Assembly (NCBI GenBank): GCA_958009085.1
Contig: OY253676.1
Coordinates: 248,001 to 312,000 of the forward strand
DNA: 64,000 bases
Reading direction: 5' to 3'
Source: Protoeuglena noctilucae
Taxonomy: Eukaryota
Positions within the stretch are counted from its first letter, which is position 1. The number at the start of each line of letters is the position of its first letter. Shown piece after piece: positions 25,826 through 39,142 of the stretch. The position numbers and the translations under genes were made by a program. The notes beneath the pieces were generated by a model. It searched no databases and had not been told where the DNA came from. It worked only from the letters and a program-made list of their open reading frames with translations.

Positions 25826-27301
25826 TCATGCCTTGACGACCGCCTTCTTCGCGTTCTTGATGCCCTCGATCGCATCCTTGTACGACTTGGCGCCGAAAAC
25901 GGCCGAACCCGCCACGATGGCGTTGGCCCCCGCCTCAATCACCTTGTGCGCGTTGGCCGGGCCCACGCCGCCGTCCACCTCAATCCACGGGTTCACCCCC
26001 TGCGAGGAACGCCCAGTGCGCCGTCGTGTAAGTCATCGAGTCAAGTCAAGGCAGGCCACAAGGAAGCCTCCAACATCCCGCCGCTTATCCCATCCTGTGG
26101 TGCGGCACTGCGGCCCGCCCTATCCCCCACCCCTCCATTCGCTGCACCCTTGCCTTGGCCTGGCACATGGCCTTGAGCTTGCGGATCTTCTCGACCTGCG
26201 ACTCGATGAACTTCTGCCCGCCGAAGCCGGGGTTGACCGACATGATGAGGACGAGGTCCACGTCCGTGATGACCTCCTCGATCGCAGACAGGGGCGTCGC
26301 GGGGTTGAGCACGACCCCGGCGAGGCACCCGAGGTCCTTGATCTGGTAGACCACGCGGTGCAGGTGGATGGTCGAGGTCTGCTCGGCGTGCACCGAGATG
26401 ATGTCCGCGCCGGCCTGCGGGTGAACGGGCGGGGAACGGGCCGAATGGAGCGATGTTGTTCCGGTGTGCAACCACGCGACTAAGCGCCTGGCGCGCGGTG
26501 CGGAGGGGGCCCTGGAAGGGATGCGCACCTTGGCGAAGTCCGCCACGCGCTGCTCGGGCTCGACAATCATGAGGTGGCAGTCGAGGACCTTGTCCGTGAT
26601 GGGACGGAGGGCGTCGACGACGAGCGGGCCGATCGTGATGTTGGGGACGAAGCGGCCGTCCATCACGTCGATGTGAACCCAGTCGCAGCCGGCCTCATCG
26701 ATCGCCTTGACCTCCTCGCCGAGCTGCGCGGGCCGGGCGCGCGTCAGAAGTTACAAGTCCGACACAACAGTCGCTCGCTGGCCCGGCGCGGGCTAGGGCG
26801 GGGTTCCCCGCGCGCCAGCCTGCCGGGAGCTGATCCGAGCAGGGCTTGGGCGCCGCTGGCGCGCCATGCGCGGACGGACCTTCGAGAAGTTCGCGGAGAG
26901 GATAGAGGGCGACACCACGACGGAGTCCTTGCTCTGCGTCACCCGCTTGGACCGCGCCACCACCGACCGGCGAGCCGGCGCAGCGGCAACCTGCTGGCAG
27001 GGCAAGCGAGGCGGTCCGGGACTGCTTGGACATCGCGCTGACGTATTCGAGCACAAACGGGCGCAAGCTATGCCCGCATAGGGGCCGTCGGGGCCATCGA
27101 CCCGTCCGGACGCGCGGAAGCGCGGGTGACCCCGGACCGCAAGCAAGGAATCGCCCCGGCGTCGTCTCCGGGCCCGGCACGCCCGCAGTGAATGGGCGCG
27201 AAAGAAACAAATGCAATAACTGAGACGGCTGGGGCGCGCGCGTCACACGGCGAGCCCCACACCTTCCCCGCGAGGGCGACCCCGGCCATCGACAGCGCCA
27301 T
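25826..27301 (-). CDS. RPE: Plastid ribulose-phosphate 3-epimerase
   Basis: [66 protein letters not shown]; transit-like N-terminus. Confidence 0.95.
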
Positions 27302-28079
27302 CTTCCTCCTGTCCACTATACTTCGAGAACTTACGGTGCAGGTCGGTCGCACAGGGTCGCTCTGCAGCCGCTTCGGCGACGGCCGCGCCAATCGAGTTTG
27401 CTTGGGATACCCTCGCCAGTCTTCCAGTGTCGAGCAGGCAGAGCCCTGCCCATGCGCCCCCCATGGCCCGTCCAGATCCAGAGTTCAACACCGCCGGCGT
27501 CTTAGCGCGCCAGTCACGGTGAGGGTGGCGATGCACGGCACATCAGGACAATCCAAGGGCTCCAAGCCGGTACGCGACATGCACAACAGAAAATGAAACA
27601 ACAAAAATGAAACAAAAGGAAAGACAAGGACATGGCAATCGCTCCCACCATGGAACCCAGTGATACAGGCAAATGGTGGGAGCGGACGGCCATGGCTAAA
27701 GGAGGGAGTCCGGCGGCCGGCTGCATGGGAGCAATGGTAAGCCCCATGCGCCCGTGAAACGTGGCCCTCCGCGTGCCGCACTCGGCGGCATGCATGCTAT
27801 GCTTGCAACTGTGCCTAGCAGAGTCCTGCCTTTGCGTGAAAAGCAAAACGCTGCGCTGTTACGTCGCCTGTGGCTGACCCAGCAACGCGGGGCAGAGTGC
27901 TGGAAAAGGTTTGCTCCTCGCGTGCTGTGCTATCCGAGCTGCTCACGTAAATGGCTGCTGAAGTGATGCCTTCCGTAAGGCTAGCTGCTGCCCACCTGCC
28001 CTGCAGTCTGCCTGCACACTCGCTATGCTGTTCCTGTCCACTGTAGGCAGAATGTCCCTGACATTCTGAAAGGTCGCAC

Positions 28080-31000
28080 TCAGGCCGTCCCCTCCGCCTT
28101 TTTGGCGAGGGTCGTCGAGCCCCCGTCCACCGTCGAGGCTCCCTCGCCACCCTGCAGGGGCGCAGACGCACCCAACTCAGAGCAGCGCCCAACTCAGAGC
28201 AGCGCAAGTCACTGCAGAATCTGTTGCCAAGTCCCATGCCTCGGAAGTTGCAGGAGCCAACCATCGCTTGCTTCCCACAGCAACCCCTGGCGACGACCCA
28301 AGCACACTCACTACGGCACACTCGCATCCCACATATGAGGAGCCCAGCCTCACCTGGGCCTCGCCCGTGGTTGCTTCCCCTGCCTCCGTCATGTCCATCA
28401 AATTGGCCTCGTCTTGGCTGGAGTGCAGCGCCTCCTCTGCGAGCTTGACCGCCACTTCCTCGATGCCCAGCTCCTGTGGCAGCTCCGCCATGAGGAACGA
28501 CAGGCGCCTCGACTCCATCGCAAGCAGGTGCTCCATGGGGCGCAAAAGCAGCACAGCGAAGCTGCGGGGGTGTGTGGGGCGGGGGTGCTTGGGTGCTTGC
28601 TGCGGAGGTGTGCTGCTGGGGTGTGTGGAGTGCGTGGTGTGAGAGTGCGGGTGCAGGTTCCAGTTGCGGTGGAGGCGAGAGAGCGTCTCACGGCGCTATG
28701 TGCATCACGTGACCCACCTGACGCTGGTCAAGACGGTGAAGACGAGGAGCATGGCGTGTATGGCCTCGATGGTGGTGATGATCTTGCCGTCCGCGTCGAT
28801 TTGGGAGCGCAGCTGGGTCTGCCCGTTGCGCACCGAGTCCTGCCCATTCGTCACAATCCACTGGTACCTGGCGTTGTCAGGCACGAGCTTGTCGTCGGCG
28901 TCGTTGGCGATCAAGTCGAGCTGGTCGAAGTACGCGATCATGAGAGCGTAGAAGCCGCGGTGAAGGGACGGGTAATTGGGATCGGAATCCACCGGGCAGG
29001 TCACGAGGCTGAAGCACTCTTCGGCAAAGAAGTAATCCAGGAGCGTTTGGGACCAGAACACGGTGCCCGTCGGGATGGTGTGCCCCGTGAGGTTGCTGCC
29101 GCCCCAGATGAGCGACGAGACGGCGTCGCGCGCCACCATCCTGTCCGCCACCAACGAGGTCCTGCAAGGGAGCAGATGAGAGTGGGGTGTCAGTCAAGCC
29201 ATTGTTTGGGCGGCGCAGGTGAAGCCACAGCCATGGCAGGCAGCTAAGCAGGCAGGCGCCGCACCGGATGGGAGCGGTGGGGCTCGCGAAGGCGGAGCCC
29301 TGGATGCCGTTGAAGCCGTTGATGAGGAGGTCGGCGGTGCGGGCCATGGTGCGTGCCGTGTAGGAGACCATGATGTAGGCCGCGCGGGTGGGCTCCATCT
29401 TGATGACCGTCTGCGCCTGGAGCGAGTAGGTGACGCCGTAGAAGAGGGCCGCGATGGCCGCCCACGTGACGAGGGGCGTCATGATGCAGAACTCGACCCT
29501 CCATTGCGACCGCTGCTTGGAGCGCTGCGACAGGACCTGGTCGCGGCACACTGCGGGGGCGGCGCGATGATTTGTAAAACACGCTCACGCACACCACGCC
29601 ACAGAGGCCGTATGTCGGGGCATCAGGCACTATCACAACATGCCCACTGCCCCATCTAAGCAAGGCTACGCTGCCCAGCCCGGCATCGTGTGGCCTGAGG
29701 CACGCGCCGCGATCCTCACCCGTGACTCGCTCGAAGTCGAGCCTCTGCGCCAGGAGGAGCCGCATGGCCTTGGCGGACATCCGCGACTCGTGTGCGGCTG
29801 CGTCGCGTGCGTTCTTGGCGTCTGAGTCCTCCTCCTCCTCCTCGTCCAGGTACTCAAAGGACTCCAGGTGCACAGGGCGCTTGGACATCTCAGACAAGAG
29901 GCCGCGGGGCACGGAGGCCAGGATGGCCATGGGCCCGGCGCGCACGCGCAGGACGGCCCGGGACCGCTGGTGGATGAGCCAGAGGGCGAGGGGCAGGAGG
30001 CCATCCACGTTGAGGCAGAGGAAGACGAGGGCGACGTTGCCGAGGTCGTTGAGGTTGGAGTTGGCGCGGTCGACGAGGGCGTTCATCAGCTTGATGTACC
30101 TGCGAGCAGGGACACAGCCTCACTCGCACTTGCACGCGAGGGCCGCAGTGGATTGCGAGACGCCCCGCGGCTGGTTAGCGGGAGCCGCCGCATGCCGCTC
30201 ACCTCTCCCCCAGCGGGCTAATGCCGTTCGCGGCGACGTAGAAGAAGGCGCTGTTGCGCCCCATGTCCATCTCCATGGCGTCCGACAGCGACATGCGGGC
30301 CAGGTTGAGGGCCTGGGCCGCGTAGATGTTGCCGGCTTCCCACAGGTTGTCCTGCTCCACGCGCACCACCGCGGTGGCCAGGTCGGGCCCGTTGAGGCGC
30401 TGCAGGGACATGTCGTTGGACAGCCAAATTGCCTGGAACTCCCGGTGCCACTTGGGGACGTTGAAAGCCGAGGCCGTCTTGTAGAGGTAGTTGTGCTGCA
30501 CGGAAGCGGTTGACGGCGTCGCTGAGCTCAGCCTGGGTCTGCTCAAACGAGGAGCCCGGGATGGGCACGCCCACGGACACGCCCTGGAGGAAGCGGGCGT
30601 AGCGGGCGATGTCGTGCAGGTCCTGCGAGCGGAGCGGGGCAGGGGAGGTCGCACGCTGGTCCTGTGCAGTCTCTCAACGATGCGAGATCGTGGGAACGTG
30701 CCAGCAAAGAATGCATCATATCAGTCGCTTCACCTTGAGGTTGGAGCCGCATGCCTTGAGGAAGGAGACGGCGCTGGCGTGCTTGGTCATGTAGGCGAAG
30801 ATGCGGTTAAAGGCAATGGCCTCCACGATCGTGATGACCGCCGCGATGATCCACATGGCGTACCGTGCGTGCTTGAGGGGCCGCAGGAGGACCTCGGACG
30901 TCACCACCGTGTGGATGCGCTTGAACTTCCGCGCCCGCACCTGCCCCGTCTCCTGGTCCAGCATGTCGATCGCCTGCGCGTCGTCGTCATCCGCCCGCAT

Positions 31001-32135
31001 CGCCCGCGAACGATTGTGATGTTAAGCACCCACATCCACAGCAGGGCGATGGCCGCAGCCGTGACGGTCCGGTCATACCCGACCGTCAAGTGGATGACGA
31101 GCTGCGGGGAGAGAACGGCTATTGATATGATCTTTTGATTTCTCTGGCCCAGAGAGACCAGCCTCTGTGAGGAGCGAGGGACTGGCGGCGTCATGAGCCT
31201 TGGCTCAGAGCGTTACGAGAGCAGGGGCTCGGCTGCGGGTGCGACCGCCAATGAAACTCACCAGGGAGAGCACTTTCAGGGGCTCCATCCGGGCCACGGC
31301 GGTCATCGACCCGGCGGCGAAGGGGACGCGGGTCAGCGGGTCGAGCTCGCAGTCCTTGACGCACACGGTCAGGTACAGCGGGATGTGCAACAGGAAAGCC
31401 ACCGCGAGGCCCACGAGGCCCAGGAGGGTAAGGCTGCTGCACTGCTTCTCAGGCAGGAAGACGTTGTGCCCTACGGCGCCCGTGATGTGGCCCGTGGCGT
31501 CGCAGGTGAGCGGCGCGAGGAGGACACCCAGGGCGGGCAGGCCCAGCATGTTGAAGTAAAAGACCTCCACGAGTCGCATGGCGACGAGCTCGACCTTGCG
31601 AGGCGCCTTGCCCCGCCGGACCAGCAGCCACACGTGGGCGGACAGGAGCGCATAGGCGGCGGTGACTGCGATGGCCACCAGCATCAGCCCGATCTGCGCA
31701 CGATCGCGAGCGGTCATGGATGAGCAACCCGCGTCCTTGCCAAATCCGCAGAGTCTGTCGAGCCGCGGCATGTGCGCACCAGGACTCGCACGTCACCCGA
31801 CACCGCGGCCCACCCATGGCCCTGAAGCCGCAGTGCCCAGCGACCGACGGCGTTGTTCCAGGACAGGGGGAAGCCCCACATCGGATGTGTCGCGTAGATG
31901 GCCACGAAGATGTACGTGTACACGAGGAAAAAGCCCTGTCATGGAAGGACGTCCTTGGGCAGGTGAGGGTCAGCGTAGCAACCACAGGGCGCGCACATAG
32001 ATGCGGGCGGTCCCTGCGCACCTGGAGCTTCCATGACTTCTCGAAGGGGAGCCTGCCGGCGGCACCCGCGAAGCTAAAGACGTGGTCAACGATGCTGGTG
32101 CGCTTGGCGAGGCCGATGCCGCCCAGCTCGCCCAT
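28080..32135 (-). CDS. TmcB/TmcC-like multi-pass membrane protein, apparently lacking the central region (possibly disrupted)
   Basis: N-terminal TM bundle (DCELDPLTRVPFAA...EPLKVL) and C-terminal features (RARKFKRI, NLWEAGNIY, FFYVAANG, ASVPRGLLSEM, ESRRLSFLMAELPQELGIE). Frame breaks near 31008 and 30502. True start is uncertain. Confidence 0.55.
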
Positions 32136-33003
32136 CTGGGAGAGCGCGGCCAGGGACGACGCCGCGACATCCGAACCGTGGTCACGGGAGCCCAGAGAGC
32201 TGCGAGGGCGGGCGCAGGGCGACGTAGAACAGGCTGCAGCGTCCGAGCGTCCGAAGGGACACCCGCTGCGCGCTCGGCGCACGGGCTACGACCTCGCATC
32301 TCTGTCCGCGTACTTATTACATCGATCGTTTTGCTGCCTGTCCCCGGCTCGCAGCCTCAATGAGCCTCTATGTGGGCCAGTCAACAGGCATGGAAGGTCT
32401 CGTCTTGCACTCGCCCCCGACGGCCAAGGGGGCGGGCGCGGGGACCTTGCCGAGGCCGCCCGGTGCGCACTGAGATTATACTCACTGTAGGACCACATTT
32501 CCAATCACGGGGCGGCCTGCAGCCTGAGAGCGCCCCACCTCTGATCGTACGACGAGCTTCCGCCCCCCTGACTCGAGCTGTCCGCCATCTTCTAAGTTTT
32601 CGTCGACAACGATGCCCTGAAGGCGGCGCGTCTGGGGCCCGGCGACGACTTTGGGGGCTCGCTGCGGTCCGAGAGGCCCGAACTCTCAATCGCGCCCCGG
32701 CCCCGTGGAGGGACGATTGCTCTGGCCAGGGACCCCGCGGCCGGGCCCAGGTCGTGGTATCCGCGTTCGGGCGTTTCGCCGTCAGAACTCCGGCCGACCC
32801 CCGAGCGGCCTCTCCCGCGCAGTGGGTGCCATCAAGTCCGAGAGACACGCGTGATCGAGCCCGCTGGCTGGCTTGCAGCGCTGTTGGGTCGCCTGTGCAG
32901 TCGGAGGGTCCTCCAACGTGGCTACGACAGCCCCCGCGCTCAGTTTTTGTTGATTCTTCACCAAGAGGTCGCCCCGTCGGGCTTTTTCAATAGAACAAGT
33001 CGA

Positions 33004-36000
33004 ATGAAGGCGTGTGTCGCCACCACTGCGGGCCCGGCGCGCGCTTGCACGAGGTGGGCTGCTTGCGGCACCTCCTGCGCGCCCCCCGGGGCCGAGCAGC
33101 GGCGACCTCGCGGCAAGCCTGCGATTTTTCATCGGAGACTTGGCGGCACGGTTGAGAAATGGCCGATTTGATTGGGGCGCGGCGCTCCCACACTCCCACG
33201 ACATTGCCGCTTGGACAGCGGGGACACAGGGCCGCGTTCCGCGCCGCGCCAGCGGTCATCGATTCCGGTCGTGTCTCCATCCGCGCAGGCATCGCGCCCC
33301 CCGGAGCCCCGCGCCCGTCTCGGCGCGGACGCCACGGTGCGCTCGCCCGTCCCCCCTGCTCCCCGCGCGCGCCGTCGCGGAGGGGAAGAACGGTGAGCGC
33401 GCGACTCCACGATGCATCCGCTGCCCCGGCACTTGCGCCCGCGTGCGGCCGATGCGGCTGCGCGCGCCGCGTGGGAGGCGCGTAGGGGGGCGGCGGCTGT
33501 TGGGTGCGAGGGCGTCCCCCGCGCGCGATGGGTCCTCGGCGCACCACGAACTCCCGCTGCCGCCGAGAAATAGCGTGTCGCGATCTCGCGGTCTGCGCCC
33601 GCGCCGCGCCCTCCCCGTCCAGAGCCGGTGCCCCTCCTACGCCTCCCACCTGCACGTCCGTTGGCCCCTCCGCAGACCTCCTGCCGTGGCAGGTGGCGGT
33701 GGACGGCGTCAAGAAGCGGACGGACCTGAAGCGCATCATGATCATCGGCGCGGGCCCCATCGTCATCGGCCAGGCCTGCGAGTTTGACTACAGCGGCACC
33801 CAGGCGTGCAAGGCGCTCAAGTGAGCCCCTGCTCTCGCCTCCGCCGCCCCCGCCGCCGCCGCCGCTGCTGCCGGCAGACTTGCAACGTCGCCACCTCCCG
33901 GCCGCCGCAGAGCCGAGGGCTATGAGGTGATTCTGATCAACTCCAACCCCGCGACCATCATGACCGACCCCGAGACCGCTGACCGCACCTACGTGGGCCC
34001 CATGACGGGTGAGGGAGCAGGCGAAAGCGCGTGTGCTGTCGTCAGCGCCACCAGGCCGTCCAGGCGTTTCCTGCTGCACCTCTGCTTGCACTGGGGCAGG
34101 GGTTGTCATGCTGTGGGCGATAGATGCAACTGCCCCTGCGTTGCGCGCAGTGGACATGCTGGAGCAGATCATCCAGCGGGAGAAGCCGGACGCGATCCTG
34201 CCCACGATGGGTGGCCAGACGGGCCTCAACTTGGCCAAGGCGCTGGCGGAGGCGGGCAAGCTGAAGCAATACGGTGTGGAGCTGATCGGCGCCAAGCTCG
34301 ACTCCATCAACGTGGCCGAGGACCGCCTGCTGTTCAAGAACGCCATGGCTGAGATCGGGCTCAAGTGCCCGCCTTCTGGCACGGCCAACACCCTCGAGGA
34401 GGCCATCCAAGTGGCCACAGTGCGTGGGGTGGCGCGGCAAAGGGCGATGCTGTATCAGAGGCGGCTGGCCCTGCCTGGACATGTTTGGGTACCTCCGTTT
34501 TTACAAGTGCGCGGTGTCACCTATTCATACACCCCTTCCGTGTCTGCGTGGCGCCCAGGAGCTGATCGGCAACTTCCCCATCATCATCCGCCCGGCCTTC
34601 ACGCTCGGCGGCACGGGCGGCGGCATCGCCTACAACATGGACGAGTTCAAGGAGATCGTCAAGCGCGGCATCGACGCGTCCATGACCAACCAGGTCCTCG
34701 TGGAGAAGAGCCTGGTGAGACATGACACGATCTCGACCTCGAGACTGTCACTGTGACCGCCAACACGTCCGACGCTTCTGCCCCAAGCCGGGTGCTGATG
34801 CCTGGCTTGGCATGTCACTCAGTGCTAACACTACTCCCTGGTGCTATAAGAGCTGGCTGGGTGCTGCAGGGCGTGCTTCTGCGGGGATGGTGTGTCACGG
34901 CCATATTCGGAGTTGGCAACACGCTTCCCACCCCTGGACTTCGCAGATCGGGTGGAAGGAGTTCGAGCTCGAGGTCATGCGTGACCTGCGGGACAACTGC
35001 GTCATCATCTGCTCGATCGAGAACATCGACCCCATGGGCGTGCACACGGGCGACTCCATCACCATCGCCCCTTCTCAGGTGCACGCCGATTTTATGCATG
35101 TAGGGTATAGGTGCATACCTCATCATGCATACCAGGGGGTGCATGCCATTCATTAGGGCAGAGCGGAGGCGCCCCGCCGTTCGACACAGCGCACCCTGCA
35201 AGTCGTGGGGTAGTCGTGGCGTAGTCTTCAGTATTGATATATGACGCGCTCCCTGCCCCGTCCGTTTTCGCAGACGCTGACCGACAAGGAGTACCAGCGC
35301 CTGCGTGACGCAGCCATCGCCATCATCCGCAAGGTCGGCGTCGAGTGCGGTGGGTCCAACGTGCAGTTCGCCATCAACCCGGAGGATGGGGAGGTCATGG
35401 TCATCGAGATGAACCCTCGCGTGTCCCGGTCCTCGGCCCTCGCGTCCAAGGCCACCGGTGGGTCGCCTCATGCGCCGCTCGATGCGCATCGCTCGATACA
35501 CTCACCACACTTGGTGCACCGCTTGAGACACCGGTTGGTACACTGAACCAACGCGCCATGCACAGCGCTTGGTACACTGACACTTCGCTCCATGCACACC
35601 GTTCCGCCACACGACGCCCCCGCAGGCTTCCCGATCGCCAAGTTCGCCGCCAAGCTCGCGGTGGGCAGCACGCTCGACTCGATCGCCAACGACATCACGC
35701 GCAAGACCCCCGCGTCGTTCGAGCCCTCGATCGACTATATCGTCACCAAGATCCCGCGGTTCACGTTCGAGAAGTTCCCGGGCGCGGACCCCGTCCTGAC
35801 CACGCAGATGAAGTCCGTGGGCGAGGCCATGGCCATGGGACGCACCTTCCAGCAGTCCTTCCAGAAGGCCATGCGGTCCATGGAGGTGAGGGCGCAGGTG
35901 GCGGGTGCGGTTGATGGAGCTTGGCAGCCGGCTTAGTTGTGACGCGCAACACATGTGTCTGCTCAAGGGACAGTAGAGATGGCGTTGGTGGGCCACCAAA

Positions 36001-37103
36001 TGGCGCCCAGTCATTGCATCGCCGCGCCTCAAGCCTTCCAGCGTTGCTGGGTCTTGGGTGCAATCAGGACACGTGCTCTCTTGTCGCGTGTCCCGCAGAC
36101 GGGCCTGGACGGCTTCTCGATGCCCAGGACGTGGGAGGCCGAGCAGGTGGACGAGGCCAGCCTGACGTACCACCTCCGCACGCCCAACCCCGACCGCATG
36201 ATCTACCTCTGGAAGGCTCTCTTTGGTGAGAATGGGTTTGTGATAATGGTGTGACCACTTCTATTGATATGCTGGCACTCGACTGCATCATGCTAGGCTC
36301 CACGTGCTATACAGTACCCACAGCCACGCAGCGCCTTCCTTGCGCCTTGCTGCTCTGTCGGGACCCCTGGCTCGGCACCCGCGCCCGCAGACGGCTGGGG
36401 CGTGGACAAGGTGGTGAGGCTGACGAAGATGGACCCGTGGTTCATCCAGCAGTTCGACGAGCTCATCAAGGTCGAGAAGTGAGATGCGCGCAGTGAGGCA
36501 CCCACATGCACGCGACAGTCGCCAGGCGCCAACTCACTGCGCTCGCAGCTGCCCTATGCTTGTGGCCACCCCTCCTGGCCTATGCCATGGCACCCCGAGC
36601 CGTTGCGCTACCTTGAGCCCCGCAACGCTGTTCTGAGCCGCAACGCTGCCCTGCCCGCGACCCCAAACCTGCAGGTGGCTCCGGACAACGCGGCTGGGCG
36701 ACCTGACCGAGGACGACCTGCGGGAGGTGAAGCGCAAGGGCTTCTCGGACGCGCAGATCGCCCGGTGCGTGGGCGTGGACCCTCTCGAGGTCCGCGCGCG
36801 CCGCAAGGCCCTAGGGGTGGTGCCCTCCTACAAGCGCGTCGACACGTGCGCCGCTGAGTTTGAGGCCAACACGCCGTACCAGTACAGCTGCTACGACGGC
36901 GTCTGCGAGGCCGCCCCCACCAAGAAAAGGAAGGTCCTGGTAAGCCCTGCAGCTGCGCAGGCCGGGCTGTGGGGCCGGCGCTGGGTCTGGTGCTGGGTCG
37001 TGCGAAGGTCGCCACACGCGGCACCATGGTACGTGATGATTGCCGCGGGACGCGACGCTCAGCGCACTCTGCCCCGGCGTCCCCGCAGATCCTTGGCGGT
37101 GGC

Positions 37104-37141
<38 letters not shown>

Positions 37142-38840
37142 TTGCTGCCACACGTCCTTCGCGCTGCGCAAGGCCGGGTTCGAGACGATCATGATGAACA
37201 GCAACCCCGAGACGGTGTCGACGGATTACGACACGTCGGACCGGCTGTACTTCGAGCCCCTCACGGTCGAGGACGTGCTCAACGTCATTGAGCTGGAGCG
37301 GCCCAACGGCGTCATCGTGCAGTTCGGGGGCCAGACGCCGCTGAAGCTCGCCACGCCCATCCAGGCCTACCTGGACAGCAACCCCATCAAGACGGCCGAC
37401 GGCACCGACATCGTCCGCATCTGGGGCACACAGCCCGACGCCATTGATGAGGCCGAGGACCGCAACCGGTGGTACGCCCTCCTCAAGAAGCTCGACATCC
37501 GCCAGCCGGCCGGCGCCATCTGCGCGACCGAGGTGGGCGGCTGTGCGTTGCTGCGCCGCACCGCCCTGTGCCTCGCCACCTGTGCCCGGCTGCCCAGCTC
37601 CACCCAGCCCTGCCCCGCCTGCGCCACCCTTTGCACCGTGTAACCCATTCGCTTCTGTCCGCCCCATTCGCAGCGCGAGGCGGAGTGCGCCGCGGCGGAG
37701 CTGGGCTACCCCGTGATGGTGCGGCCGTCGTACGTGCTGGGTGGCCGGGCCATGGAGGTGGTGTACTCCGAGGCCGACCTGGCGCAGTACGTGCGCACGG
37801 CTGCCAAGGTGGAGCCCGGGAAGCCCATCCTGGTGGACAAGTACCTGGCGGGGGCGACAGAGCTGGACGTGGACGCATTGGCAGACAAGGACGGCAACGT
37901 GACCATCTGCGGCATCATGGAGCACATCGAGATGGCGGGCGTGCACTCCGGGGACTCGGCGTGCTCGATCCCCACGCAGACGCTGTCGCCCCACGTGCTG
38001 GCGACGGTGCGCGACTGGACGACGCGCCTCGCCAAGGCGCTGCGCGTGGTGGGCCTCATCAACATCCAGTACGCCGTCGTCGATGACGTCGTCTACATCA
38101 TCGAGGCCAACCCGCGCGCCTCGCGCACCGTGCCGTTCGTGGCTAAGGCCACGGGCCACCCCATCGCCAAGTACGCCTCGCTGCTCATGGCCGGTCGCAC
38201 CCTGCCGGAGCTGGGCTTCACGGAGGAGCCCGTCCCCGACTACGTGTCGGTGAAGGAGGTGGTGCTGCCCTTCGAGAAGTTCCTGGGGTGCGACGTCATC
38301 CTGGGGCCGGAGATGCGGTCCACGGGGGAGGTGATGGGCATCGACGAGGACTTCGCCACGGCCTACCTCAAGGCGCAGCTGGCGGCCGGGCAGCAGCTGC
38401 CCAAGAAGGGCACGGTGTTCGTGTCAATGAACGACCGGGACAAAAAGGCGGTCGTGCCCGTGGTGCAGGAGCTGCTGGGGTTAGGGTACCGGGTGGTGGC
38501 GACGTCGGGGACGGCCGCGGCGCTCGAGGGCGCGGGTATCCGGGGGGTGGACACGGTGCTGAAGGTGCACGAGGGGCGGCCCAACGTGGCCGACATGATG
38601 CAGAACCGGGACATCCAGATGATGATTCTGACGGCCACGTCGAACGACCCCAACGACCGCCGCGATGGCAAGGCCCTGAGGCGGCTGGCTGTGGCCATGA
38701 AGGTGCCCCTGGTGACCACCGTCGCCGGCGCCGTTGCCACCGTCGGCGCCCTCCACGCCCTCCACGCTGGGGAGCTCCGCACCCAGACCCTCCAGGAGTA
38801 CTTTGCCCAGGACCCCAAGAGCGCTGCTGCCCTCGTGTAA
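33004..38840 (+). CDS. carB: Carbamoyl-phosphate synthase large chain, plastid
   Basis: Transit exons [10 protein letters not shown]..., then [77 protein letters not shown], and an MGS-like C-terminus. Confidence 0.97.
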
Positions 38841-39142
38841 TGGCCCGGGGCGCAGGGGCGGGGCTCCCATTTCCCACCAGCCCACATGAGCGCGCCTATT
38901 GCTCCTGGCTTTGTCTGGCCCGCGGCAAGCGCTGCACTAGTACGTTGCTGAGCCATCGAGGTCACCTTTGTGGAACCAATCTTTCAAGTGACTCTGCGTC
39001 TCGCTCGCTACCCATATCCGTGATCGGGGCACACCCGGCGCGACAGAGAAACTCCGAGGCGTGGGAGCCTCCAGGTGCCTGCGCGATGTTCCATGGTGCT
39101 CCGTGCTAGTACGGAGTCGCATCGCGCCCTTTGTCAGCATGC

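Noticed and set aside
27588..27625. A-rich duplicated motif aaaatgaaacaa upstream of RPE
   Set aside because: Short low-complexity duplication; no function can be supported from sequence.
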